Shown here: in pieces, positions 1-8,302 of the stretch
Layout of the letters: each line of letters begins with the position of its first letter
Position numbering within the stretch: the first letter of the stretch is position 1
From: an uncultured archaeon
GTDB taxonomy: Archaea > Asgardarchaeota > Thorarchaeia > Thorarchaeales > Thorarchaeaceae
NCBI GenBank assembly: GCA_964590575.1
Contig: CAZPWM010000052.1
Span: 1 to 21,090 of the forward strand
DNA: 21,090 bases
Direction of reading: 5' to 3'
Translations under genes and position numbers: made by a program
The notes under the pieces: generated by a model
Told to the model about the DNA's origin: nothing
The model's input: the letters and a program-made list of their open reading frames with translations, nothing else
The model's database searches: none

Positions 1-412
1 CGCAGTAGAGTTGTCACTGGTTGGTCTCGAGAGATGCCAGATTCGTCACCAAGCCCTTGAGGCTGCACGCGTAGCTTCTAACAGGGACATGACCAAGACT
101 GCAGGTAGACAGAACTATCACCTAAGAATGCGCGTGAAACCATACCATTACCTTCGTGAGAACAAAATGATCTCCGGGGCAGGTGCAGACCGTGTACAGG
201 ATGGTATGCGAAAAGCATGGGGTAAGGTAATAGGAATCGCTGCACGAGTTCGACCTGGGCAGCCCTTGATTACAATTCGAGTGAACCCGCGACACGTGAA
301 GCAAGCAATGACAGCTCTGAAGAAAGCGGCGCCAAAGATGCCCACACCCTGTAAGATAGTCTTTGACAAGATTGACCCCGATCTTAAACGCAAGATGGGT
401 TATGGACTCTGA
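1..412 (+). CDS. rpl10e: 50S ribosomal protein L10e/uL16 (5'-truncated by window edge)
   Basis: Frame is open from the window start ([24 protein letters not shown]). Contains the L10e signatures 'ALEAARV', '[24 protein letters not shown]' and '[10 protein letters not shown]'. TGA stop at 410-412 overlaps the convergent trmJ end. Confidence 0.95.
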   Translation, partial: AVELSLVGLERCQIRHQALEAARVASNRDMTKTAGRQNYHLRMRVKPYHYLRENKMISGAGADRVQDGMRKAWGKVIGIAARVRPGQPLITIRVNPRHVKQAMTALKKAAPKMPTPCKIVFDKIDPDLKRKMGYGL

Positions 413-1152
413 TCTTCGAGGTCCTTGCTCTCATTTATGAGTTCACTGATTCGTCGCACTACACCAGTGAGTGTAGCAACCTCTCTTCCGGTCATGTAGG
501 CTCTTCCTAAAAGATTTCTAAAGACCTGTTTAGCAATCGGTATTCTATGTTCTTTCAGGTTCAATCGGTCCACAACATCATCAAAGAACGTGTACACTTG
601 CTGTCGTTCCTGAAATGTTGCTGCTCTAGCTTCCGAGGGCTGTCGTGGTTCCGCAGGAGCGTATTTTGAAAAAAGATGATAGAGCACAATCGACACAGCA
701 TGACTAAGATTGAGACTTGGATATTCCTTTGAGGTTGGAACTGTAAATGCAAGATCACAAAGTTCCATTTCCTCATTGAATAATCCAGTGCTCTCTCTTC
801 CAAAGACAAGAGCAGTACGTCCTTCTAGGGAATTGGGGTCGGGTAATTCCGTTAGAGGAACTAGGGCTCTTGTCACACTATGATTTTTTCCAGCTCTTGC
901 AGTTGCAGCCCACGCTAAATCAACATCCGCGAGAGCAGAACCCAAATCATCATAGACCCCTGCATTATCCAAAATGTCATGAGCATGCACTGAGAACATC
1001 TGTGCAAACTGGTCTTGACGATGGTCTTCTCCAACTATTCTCAATTCATGCACCCCAAAATTTGCCAAGGCTCTCGTGACAAAACCAATATTTCCAGGAT
1101 TCTCAGGACCCACAAGAATGACGACCAAGTTTGGAAATTCTATCAACAACAT
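400..1152 (-). CDS. trmJ: SPOUT tRNA (C32/U32) 2'-O-methyltransferase, TrmJ/LasT family
   Basis: Motifs '[23 protein letters not shown]', '[10 protein letters not shown]' and '[10 protein letters not shown]', plus a TrmJ-type C-terminal helical domain ('RNLLGRA...EVATLTG'). Confidence 0.88.
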   Translation of the reverse strand: MLLIEFPNLVVILVGPENPGNIGFVTRALANFGVHELRIVGEDHRQDQFAQMFSVHAHDILDNAGVYDDLGSALADVDLAWAATARAGKNHSVTRALVPLTELPDPNSLEGRTALVFGRESTGLFNEEMELCDLAFTVPTSKEYPSLNLSHAVSIVLYHLFSKYAPAEPRQPSEARAATFQERQQVYTFFDDVVDRLNLKEHRIPIAKQVFRNLLGRAYMTGREVATLTGVVRRISELINESKDLEDQSP

Positions 1153-1155
1153 TCC

Positions 1156-2334
1156 CTACCTGTGGGCTAGCTGCAAAATGTCTCCATCCTGGAGAGGATA
1201 GTTGAGGCCAACGGTTCTTCTTTTGATTTTATCATTAGCCCTGATTATAACCGCAGCTCGAAACCTCTCCACGAATAATTCCTTGTGAACCTTTCGCGCA
1301 GCGTCTTCCACGATAGAACCCTCGGGAAGCACAATTGGTCTGTTCTCTCTTTGTTTTCCTGGGATTTTTGTATAGACTCTTAGTATGTCAAGATGCTCGT
1401 AGAATGACCAGCTCATCCCATCCAGATTCTCGTCTCTCTCTGCAGATATTGGAACTATGTCAAACCGGTCTTTGTATTTCTCCTCTAGTTCCTTGAATCT
1501 CGCTTCAGACCCTTCTGAGTCGCCCTTTGTGGCGATAATCAATGCGCGGACATATGCAACACTTGAATCCATGGCATCAACTAATTGATCGAAGGTTGCA
1601 GGTTTTTGGATTCGGACAATTATGTTTGTGATTTTTCGAGCTACGAGGTATTCTTTTACCTCTTCAATATCCCCCTGATAATTTTGCGCTCCATAGATCA
1701 TATGACCTCCGAGTCCCACTCTTTCAATCCTGACTGCAGACTTTTCCTTGTTGAGACGAATCCTTGCTGCATCCAACTCCTTCAGTATAATATTCATCTG
1801 TGAATCAATATCTTGAGAGAGGTCTATAACCAAAGCAATACAGTCAGAGTTCCGAGCCACTGCCAAAGCTTGTCTACCAATCCCTGCCTCGTGACTACCA
1901 TCGAAGACTCCAGGGAGTTCTACTAGCTGAATATTGATGTCTTCCAAAATCAACATGGCTGGTGTTGGAATCGGTGTTGTGAAAGGATAGTTCCCAACAT
2001 CCAGATTTGCATTTGTAACTGCATTGATGAGTGTTGACTTTCCACTATTCGTGACACCTATGAGACAGATTTGTCCAGCTCCTTCCTTTCGGACAACTCC
2101 CTCTTCTGAACCGCCTCCGCCACGACGAGTACGATCTTGTTCGCGTTTTTTCTCTAACTGGGCTTTGAGAAGAGCTAATTTTTTCCTATAATCCCCCCTC
2201 ATTCTCTCTGCACCTTTGTGTCTGGGTGCAAGAGATAGGAGTTTCTCTAGTTCTACTATCCGCTGAGCGAGATCTTCTGTTTCCTCATAGATTACCCTTT
2301 GTTTATCAAACTCAGGAGTTACATTGGTAGGCAA
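1156..2334 (-). CDS. OBG/DRG-family GTP-binding protein with C-terminal TGS domain
   Basis: G1 'GVTNSGKST', G2 'YPFTT', G3-like 'ELPG', G4-like 'TKGD', G5 'ISA'. TGS domain 'RVYTK...VGLNYPLQDGDIL'. N-terminus 'MPTNVTPE...PRHKGAE' is typical of archaeal DRG paralogs. TTG start. Confidence 0.88.
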   Translation of the reverse strand: MPTNVTPEFDKQRVIYEETEDLAQRIVELEKLLSLAPRHKGAERMRGDYRKKLALLKAQLEKKREQDRTRRGGGGSEEGVVRKEGAGQICLIGVTNSGKSTLINAVTNANLDVGNYPFTTPIPTPAMLILEDINIQLVELPGVFDGSHEAGIGRQALAVARNSDCIALVIDLSQDIDSQMNIILKELDAARIRLNKEKSAVRIERVGLGGHMIYGAQNYQGDIEEVKEYLVARKITNIIVRIQKPATFDQLVDAMDSSVAYVRALIIATKGDSEGSEARFKELEEKYKDRFDIVPISAERDENLDGMSWSFYEHLDILRVYTKIPGKQRENRPIVLPEGSIVEDAARKVHKELFVERFRAAVIIRANDKIKRRTVGLNYPLQDGDILQLAHR

Positions 2335-2396
2335 AGAAACACACTCAAAGATAGATTCTATTGAAAAATTACAATGATGATATTATGAAGCTTTCT

Positions 2397-2849
2397 TCAT
2401 GGTGTGTTTTCCTTTCTGTCGGCTGAAAAATTGGTTTCGAGGATGAACCGTTCCGGACTAACTAAAGGTACTTGGATAACCTCATGATCCCATAGGTCAA
2501 GCAGTCCGTCAAGTGATGCTCGTGCTAACTCAATTCCATTGTTCATTATCAATGACTCTCCGAGCTCGAGAATCTGAACCTTTTCAATCGCTTTTAGAAG
2601 GAAAAATGAGATTGACCTCTCGTCTGGTGAGACCCTTTTCAGCGAGTTTCCTGGAAATGAAACTACCTTCAGGTCTTCTTCAGTTCCAATTGCTAAGGAT
2701 ATAATTACATCTTGTCGAAGGCTTCCTGACACGAACAATCCCACATTGACGCACCGACAGGCTGTAACTACTTCAGGACTATTCCGTCCAGACTTTACAG
2801 AAGTTTTGTCTATTGGAATACTATCGAAAGTGACGAAAAAGCGCCGCAT
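2397..2849 (-). CDS. TrmY-like (tRNA pseudouridine-54 N1-methyltransferase family) protein, shortened or degenerate
   Basis: 'MRRF', 'CRCVNVGLFVSGSLRQDV' and 'LKRVSPDERS' match the TrmY N-terminal half. It is only about 150 aa and lacks the LHEDG...FxLGDH SAM-binding segment. The start could alternatively be 2855 or 2858. Confidence 0.65.
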   Translation of the reverse strand: MRRFFVTFDSIPIDKTSVKSGRNSPEVVTACRCVNVGLFVSGSLRQDVIISLAIGTEEDLKVVSFPGNSLKRVSPDERSISFFLLKAIEKVQILELGESLIMNNGIELARASLDGLLDLWDHEVIQVPLVSPERFILETNFSADRKENTP

Positions 2850-2875
2850 GAACATCACTTTCTAGAATGAGGGGT

Positions 2876-4219
2876 TCATATTCCTTGCAGACCCGGTAAA
2901 CCTGGAATGCCGCCTTTCCGACCTCTACGCTGTTTACCCATTTGCTTCATCATCTTCTTCATCTGCTCATGCTGCTTGAGAAGGTCTCTGACATCTTTCT
3001 GAGAGGTTCCAGAGCCTTTTGCAATTCGCTTGATTCTTGATGATTTAATCAGTTTAGGCTCTTCCAACTCATCTTTGGTCATCGAATTCATTATGATCTC
3101 CCATCGTTTCATGTTCTCCTCCTGAATCTCAGCCATGCCTTCAGGAAGTTTGTACTGGAGGCCTAACATCTCCATCACTTTACCAATGGGTCCCATCTTT
3201 TTGAGCTGCTTCATCTGCGCCATCATGTCTTTCAATGAGAACTGTCCCTTCATGATGCGTTTAGCTGCATCTTCTTCGACCTCAATCTGAGCTTCTTGCA
3301 CCTTGTCAATTAGCCCTCGGATATCTGACATACCAAGAAGCCGTCCAGCAAACTTTGTTGGATTAAATGGTTCGATTGCGTCCATTCCCTCTCCAACACC
3401 AATGAATTTGATAGGTGCTTGTGTCGCTGCTACAGCTGAGAGTGCACCACCACCTTTGGCACTACCATCAAGTTTGGTTACTATAATTGATCCAATGTCT
3501 GTGGCTTTTTTGAAAGCTGCTGCTTGTACTCCTGCTTGTTGACCAAGAGTACCATCTATAACTAGGACAATCTCCTGAGGTTTAACACCCTTTGAGATAT
3601 CACGCATCTCTTTGATGAGTCCAGTTTCCTCTTTATGCCTGCCTGAAGTATCTAAGAGGATAAGTTCAATTCCCTTCTTCTGCATCTCTTTAACGCCATT
3701 CTTTGCCAATTTAGTGGCGTCTTTCTCATTTTCATCACCCCAGAAAGGAACGTTCGATTTCTCGGCTAATTGCTTTAGTTGACTGTATGCTCCGGGTCTA
3801 AAGTTGTCTGCACAGATTACTCCCGTTTTGATGCCTCTTTTTTGGTAATATCGTGCAAGTTTTCCAATAGTGGTTGTTTTACCAGACCCTTGAATACCAA
3901 CCATCATGACAAGATTGGGCTTTCCTGGTTTGATTGTTAGAGGTACAGGCTTCTCTCCAAGGAAAAATGCGAGTGTGTCCCATACTACACGAACTATGTG
4001 TTCACGACGGGAAACCCCTCTTGGTAGGGTTTCATCTAAAGCTTGCTCTTGTACTCTCTGGGTTATCGCCATGACAAGATTGACATCCACATCAGCTACT
4101 AATAGCGCACGTTGGATATCTTTCACCAATTCTTTCACTAACTCTTCGTCTATCACACCAGCTCCGAAGAGTTTCTTCAAAGCAGAGTTGAGCGATTTAC
4201 CAAGACCTTCTAGAACCAA
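2876..4219 (-). CDS. srp54: Signal recognition particle protein SRP54
   Basis: 'ALLVADV', 'GIQGSGKTTT', 'DNFRPGA', 'DTSGRH', 'TKLDGSAKGGGALS' and a Met-rich M domain ('IMNSMT..E', 'SRIKRIAKGSG'). Likely start is TTG at 4219 (MVLEGLG), 6 nt after a GGTGAT SD-like site; ATG 4225 is an alternative. Confidence 0.97.
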   Translation of the reverse strand: MVLEGLGKSLNSALKKLFGAGVIDEELVKELVKDIQRALLVADVDVNLVMAITQRVQEQALDETLPRGVSRREHIVRVVWDTLAFFLGEKPVPLTIKPGKPNLVMMVGIQGSGKTTTIGKLARYYQKRGIKTGVICADNFRPGAYSQLKQLAEKSNVPFWGDENEKDATKLAKNGVKEMQKKGIELILLDTSGRHKEETGLIKEMRDISKGVKPQEIVLVIDGTLGQQAGVQAAAFKKATDIGSIIVTKLDGSAKGGGALSAVAATQAPIKFIGVGEGMDAIEPFNPTKFAGRLLGMSDIRGLIDKVQEAQIEVEEDAAKRIMKGQFSLKDMMAQMKQLKKMGPIGKVMEMLGLQYKLPEGMAEIQEENMKRWEIIMNSMTKDELEEPKLIKSSRIKRIAKGSGTSQKDVRDLLKQHEQMKKMMKQMGKQRRGRKGGIPGLPGLQGI

Positions 4220-4347
4220 GACCATATCACCGTCTTCTGGGAGTGCTCCTTCAGCTACCCATATCAACCTTCGCCTTTCAGTCAAGATTGTAGTCATACA
4301 CAAGGTCTAAAACCGAGATATATCTAGACGACCTTCGAGTGATGGAC

Positions 4348-4833
4348 ATGTCTGAGAAAGTTGGGGCTGAGAAAATCAGGATTGTCAAAATTCACGATGG
4401 GACTGTAATTGATCACATCAGGGCAGGAAAGGCTCTAGAAGTCCTTAAGATACTAGGAATCACTGGAAAAAACGGTAATATTGTAACATTGGCAATGAAC
4501 ATTAGTAGCTCTAAAATTGAAAAGAAAGACATCGTCAAAGTCGAACATCGATTCTTAGAAGATCAAGAAGTCGCACGTATTGCCCTTGTTGCACCAGAGG
4601 CTACTATCAATTTGATTGAGAATTCGAAGATAATAAAGAAGACAAGGGTTCAGCTTCCTGAAACAATCACTGACATTTTCAAGTGTCCAAACCAGCGATG
4701 TGTAACTAACAAAGAACGTGAACCAATCCACAGTAAGTATGAAGTCGTTTCACGAAAACCAATTCAACTGAAATGCTTGTATTGTTGGACCTTAGTTGAG
4801 GAACAAGACATCATCTCTCAATTCACAAGTTAG
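4348..4833 (+). CDS. pyrI: Aspartate carbamoyltransferase regulatory chain
   Basis: 'IHDGTVIDHIRAG', 'KKDIVKVE', 'APEATIN' and the Zn ligands 'CPNQRC' and 'CLYC'. Start may be 4339, 4342 or 4348. Confidence 0.95.
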   Translation: MSEKVGAEKIRIVKIHDGTVIDHIRAGKALEVLKILGITGKNGNIVTLAMNISSSKIEKKDIVKVEHRFLEDQEVARIALVAPEATINLIENSKIIKKTRVQLPETITDIFKCPNQRCVTNKEREPIHSKYEVVSRKPIQLKCLYCWTLVEEQDIISQFTS

Positions 4834-4916
4834 AAAATATCTTCTAACGCCAATTCCAAATGCTTTTTAGTGCCTAGCTAAGCATGAGTCTAAGTCCGAC
4901 GACAGTGGTAGTATTC

Positions 4917-5240
4917 ATGTCGAGTAATAAAATAGCAGTGATAGGCGATAGAGATACGGTCACCGGGTTTCGGTTGGTTGGTGTGAATGAATGTGCCATA
5001 CCAGATACGCCTGAAGAAACTCGTAACTTCCTGTATCAATATTTTAGAGATCCTGCTATGGGCCTCATAATAATTACTGAACCTTTGGCTGCTGAGGTAG
5101 ATGAAACCATAGTTGATTTATCCCAGTCACCCCTACCAGTTATATTGCTGATCCCAGACAGAAACGGAACCACTGGCACCTACGAAGCAGTGCTAAAAGA
5201 GCTGATTCGCAGAGCTGTTGGAATCGAGATAAACATCTAG
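4917..5240 (+). CDS. atpF: A/V-type ATP synthase subunit F
   Basis: 'KIAVIGDRDTVTGFRLVG', 'LIIITE' and 'LIRRAVGIEI'. Lies directly upstream of atpA. ATG 4917 is preferred over 4884 on homology. Confidence 0.93.
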   Translation: MSSNKIAVIGDRDTVTGFRLVGVNECAIPDTPEETRNFLYQYFRDPAMGLIIITEPLAAEVDETIVDLSQSPLPVILLIPDRNGTTGTYEAVLKELIRRAVGIEINI

Positions 5241-5267
5241 TCCTAAACAAATCCGGAGATGTGAACT

Positions 5268-7073
5268 TTGACCAAAATAACTGGGCGTATTGAAAGCATC
5301 GCAGGACCTGTAGTCGAGTGCTCTGGCATACCTGCTGTTCGTATGTATGAAGTTATACGAGTAGGAAAGGAACAACTGATTGGCGAAGTCATTGAAGTTG
5401 GAGACAAGGAGTTTACAGCCCAGGTCTATGAAGAAACATCTGGTCTTGCTCCTGGTGAACCAGTAACAGCCACGGGCGACTCACTTTCAGTAGAACTCGG
5501 ACCAGGTCTTCTAGGATCAATCTATGATGGCATTCAGAGACCTCTACCCGAATTACGAGCTTTGTCAGGTGACTTCATTACAAGGGGCTTAAGTGTTGAG
5601 GGTCTCAATAAGGAGAAGAAATGGGAATTCAATCCGACCGCCAAAGTTGGAGACAATGTTCAACCTGGTGATATCATCGGTGAGGTGCCTGAAACTGGTA
5701 TTATCACATCTAGAATTCTGATCCCTATCGAGGTTGAGGGTGAGATTGTTGAGATTGTTAAGAAGGGTGAATACACAATCACAGAAACCATCTGTAAAGT
5801 AAAGAATCAACATGGCGATATTCATGATGTCATAATGTTGCAGAGGACCCCAGTTAGAATTGGCCGTCCCTTCAAAGATCGTGTTGGAATGGACACTCCC
5901 TTAATAACCGGGCAGCGAGTCATTGATACTTTCATGCCTCTAGCAAAGGGTGGTACAGGTGCGATTCCCGGTGGTTTCGGAACTGGAAAGACAGTCACCC
6001 TACACCAGTTTGCCAAGTGGGCTGACGCTCAAGTCATTGTTTATGTTGGGTGTGGTGAACGAGGAAATGAGATGACTGAGGCACTTGAAGAGTGGCCGCA
6101 TCTAAAAGACCCGAAAACTGGTCGTCCATTGATGGAACGAACTGTTCTTATTGCTAATACCTCTAACATGCCTGTGGCAGCACGTGAGGCATCTATCTAC
6201 GTGGCTGTCACAATGGCTGAATACTTCCGAGATCAGGGTTATGATGTTGCTCTGATGGCTGATTCGACATCTCGTTGGGCTGAAGCATTACGTGAGATAT
6301 CAGGTCGTCTGGGTCAGCTTCCATCTGAAGAGGGATATCCTGCATATCTTGGTTCACGACTGGCACAGTTTTATGAACGTGGTGGCAGGGTGAAGGCACT
6401 TGGTTCAGATAATCGACTAGGCTCAATTACAATCTGTGGAGCAGTCTCACCTCCCGGAGGTGACTTTTCAGAACCAGTCACCCAAGCAACACTAAGAATC
6501 GTGAAAGTGTTTTGGGGGCTTGATAAGGACCTCGCAGCTCGAAGATTCTTTCCAGCCATTAACACACTAACTAGTTACTCACTGTATTTTGGTACGCTTG
6601 AAAAATGGCAAAGAGCGAACATGGGGGATGACTGGCCTGATTTAGTAAAGGAGTCATTAGCTCTCTTACAGAAGGATCAAGAACTCAGAGAGATTGTGCA
6701 ACTCGTTGGACCTGATGCACTTCCAGAGTCTGAACGTGCGATTCTAGAGGCTGCACGGATGATTAAGGAAGACTTTCTCACTCAGAGTGCGCTACATGAG
6801 ATTGATACATATTGTCCAATTGGTAAGACCTATCGTATGTTAAAAATAATCATCAACTTTGCTAAAAAGATGACAGAGGCAGTACAGATGGGTGTTCAAG
6901 TTCGAAGTATCTTGGAGCTTAGTGGTCTCGACAACATCGCCAGAATGAAAATCGCACCTTGGGAGTCGTATGATGAAACAATGGACACCATTGAGAAAAA
7001 GATGGATGGAGAGTTTCAATCACTATTTCAAGAGATGTCCGAGTCAGGTCTGTTGTTCAAAGGAACTGCATAG
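5268..7073 (+). CDS. atpA: A/V-type ATP synthase subunit A (catalytic)
   Basis: Walker A 'GGFGTGKT', 'GCGERGNEM', 'NTSNMPVAAREAS', 'DSTSRWAEALRE' and 'SPPGGDFSEPVTQ'. 601 aa with no intein. TTG start preceded by GGAG. Confidence 0.98.
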   Translation: MTKITGRIESIAGPVVECSGIPAVRMYEVIRVGKEQLIGEVIEVGDKEFTAQVYEETSGLAPGEPVTATGDSLSVELGPGLLGSIYDGIQRPLPELRALSGDFITRGLSVEGLNKEKKWEFNPTAKVGDNVQPGDIIGEVPETGIITSRILIPIEVEGEIVEIVKKGEYTITETICKVKNQHGDIHDVIMLQRTPVRIGRPFKDRVGMDTPLITGQRVIDTFMPLAKGGTGAIPGGFGTGKTVTLHQFAKWADAQVIVYVGCGERGNEMTEALEEWPHLKDPKTGRPLMERTVLIANTSNMPVAAREASIYVAVTMAEYFRDQGYDVALMADSTSRWAEALREISGRLGQLPSEEGYPAYLGSRLAQFYERGGRVKALGSDNRLGSITICGAVSPPGGDFSEPVTQATLRIVKVFWGLDKDLAARRFFPAINTLTSYSLYFGTLEKWQRANMGDDWPDLVKESLALLQKDQELREIVQLVGPDALPESERAILEAARMIKEDFLTQSALHEIDTYCPIGKTYRMLKIIINFAKKMTEAVQMGVQVRSILELSGLDNIARMKIAPWESYDETMDTIEKKMDGEFQSLFQEMSESGLLFKGTA

Positions 7074-7127
7074 TAACACTCCAAATGCGTGGCCTTTATC
7101 GCCATATGTGTGAATTAGTTGCTAGAC

Positions 7128-7679
7128 ATGACGCGCAGAAAGCAGCTTGAAGAATTGCATGAGATCATCCGAAAATGCACACTTTGTTCCCTACATAAAA
7201 CACGAACTAATGCAGTCCCTGGTGAAGGTCCTACTAGTTCGCGTGTGATGTTTATTGGTGAAGCTCCCGGTGCAAGAGAGGATGAGTCTGGTCGACCGTT
7301 TGTTGGGCGATCCGGGGAACTCCTTACTTCAATGATTCAGGAGATTGGACTCTCAAGAGAAAAAGTCTTTATTACATCAATTCTGAAGTCACGACCTCCG
7401 AAAAATAGAACTCCTATTCAAGCTGAAATAAGTGCCTGCAGACCCTACCTTGAGCAGCAGATTGAGATAATCAATCCCCAAGTCATTGTTCTCTTAGGTG
7501 GGGTGGCAATCTCTTCTCTCGTTGGACCATGGAAGGTTTCTGAAGCACACGGAAGGTTCTATGAAGTTAATGACAGGACATACTTCATGACCTATCATCC
7601 AGCAGCTGCGCTTAGATTTTCCGATGTAAAATCCGCAATGAGAGAAGACTTCCAGATTCTAAGTCAGGAACTCGTTTGA
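7128..7679 (+). CDS. udg: Uracil-DNA glycosylase family 4 (variant)
   Basis: N-terminal 'CTLC', motif A 'GEAPG', 'GRPFVGRSG', 'RPPKNRTP', 'CRPYL' and motif B 'YHPAA'. Confidence 0.9.
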   Translation: MTRRKQLEELHEIIRKCTLCSLHKTRTNAVPGEGPTSSRVMFIGEAPGAREDESGRPFVGRSGELLTSMIQEIGLSREKVFITSILKSRPPKNRTPIQAEISACRPYLEQQIEIINPQVIVLLGGVAISSLVGPWKVSEAHGRFYEVNDRTYFMTYHPAAALRFSDVKSAMREDFQILSQELV

Positions 7680-7723
7680 GTGGTCATTATATCCAATCAT
7701 AATAACTTCCTTCTGTGAGCCAC

Positions 7724-8230
7724 ATGGTCAGTCTAGTGTTTCTACTACTTCAGTCACCATTTGATTTGCAGATGCCTGAGAACTGGTTCAGTATGATTGG
7801 TGAGATACTCAATGTTCTCTTTGCACTAGCAATTCGTGGCTACCTGATTTTTGTCCTACTTGGTATGATGATTTATGCAACCACCCTCAGTGATGGTCTA
7901 GCAAAAGGTCTGGTGATATTAGGAATCGTGCTTTATTTTGGAGGGCCGCTTATAGTCAACCTTTTTGGCCAGTTCAGTGGAGTTGAAACAATCACACTTG
8001 AAAGTGCAACAACCGCTTGGCTTCACCTTGTTGGGATGACTGACGCTGAGATAGTTTCTCTATTAGTCTGGTTGGGGGATGCAGTTGCCGCCATCTGCGT
8101 GTTAGTGGGGGCTATTCTCTACTTCACACCTAGTGCAAACGATATGACTGGAAAGGGCAAATCACTGATAGTTCGAGCATTGATGCTGGCACCAATTCTT
8201 GCCTTCTTCCATGTTGCTGCGTGGTTGTAG
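7724..8230 (+). CDS. Hypothetical integral membrane protein with about 4 TM helices as two similar hairpins (TrbC/VirB2 pilin-like pattern)
   Basis: Very hydrophobic. The two units are 'LIFVLLGMMIYATTLSDGLAKGLVILGIVL' and 'ICVLVGAILYFTPSANDMTGKGKSLIVRALML'. The family assignment is by pattern only. Confidence 0.7.
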   Translation: MVSLVFLLLQSPFDLQMPENWFSMIGEILNVLFALAIRGYLIFVLLGMMIYATTLSDGLAKGLVILGIVLYFGGPLIVNLFGQFSGVETITLESATTAWLHLVGMTDAEIVSLLVWLGDAVAAICVLVGAILYFTPSANDMTGKGKSLIVRALMLAPILAFFHVAAWL

Positions 8231-8302
8231 ATGCACTTCGTAACTCTTAAAACTCGGTTAAAACAGCGAAGCACTGACTGAAAGACCCCGGTGATTTCTA
8301 CC

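Noticed and set aside
2374-2426. Possible C/D box sRNA (ATGATGA ... CTGA, 53 nt)
   Set aside because: There is no credible D' box, the guide lengths are wrong, and it overlaps the trmY-like 3' end in antisense.
4226-4303. N-terminal extension of SRP54 given in the ORF track (475 aa)
   Set aside because: Homology begins at MVLEGLG and an SD-like GGTGAT lies just upstream of it. The extension spans the divergent promoter region.
5268-7073. Intein in atpA (a common insertion site near Walker A)
   Set aside because: The sequence is continuous through GTGKTVTLHQ and the length is normal.
7724-8230. The 4-TM protein within the ATPase cluster as a duplicated proteolipid (subunit K/c)
   Set aside because: It lacks the Gly/Ala-rich GxGxG packing motif and the essential ion-binding Glu in the second helix of either hairpin.
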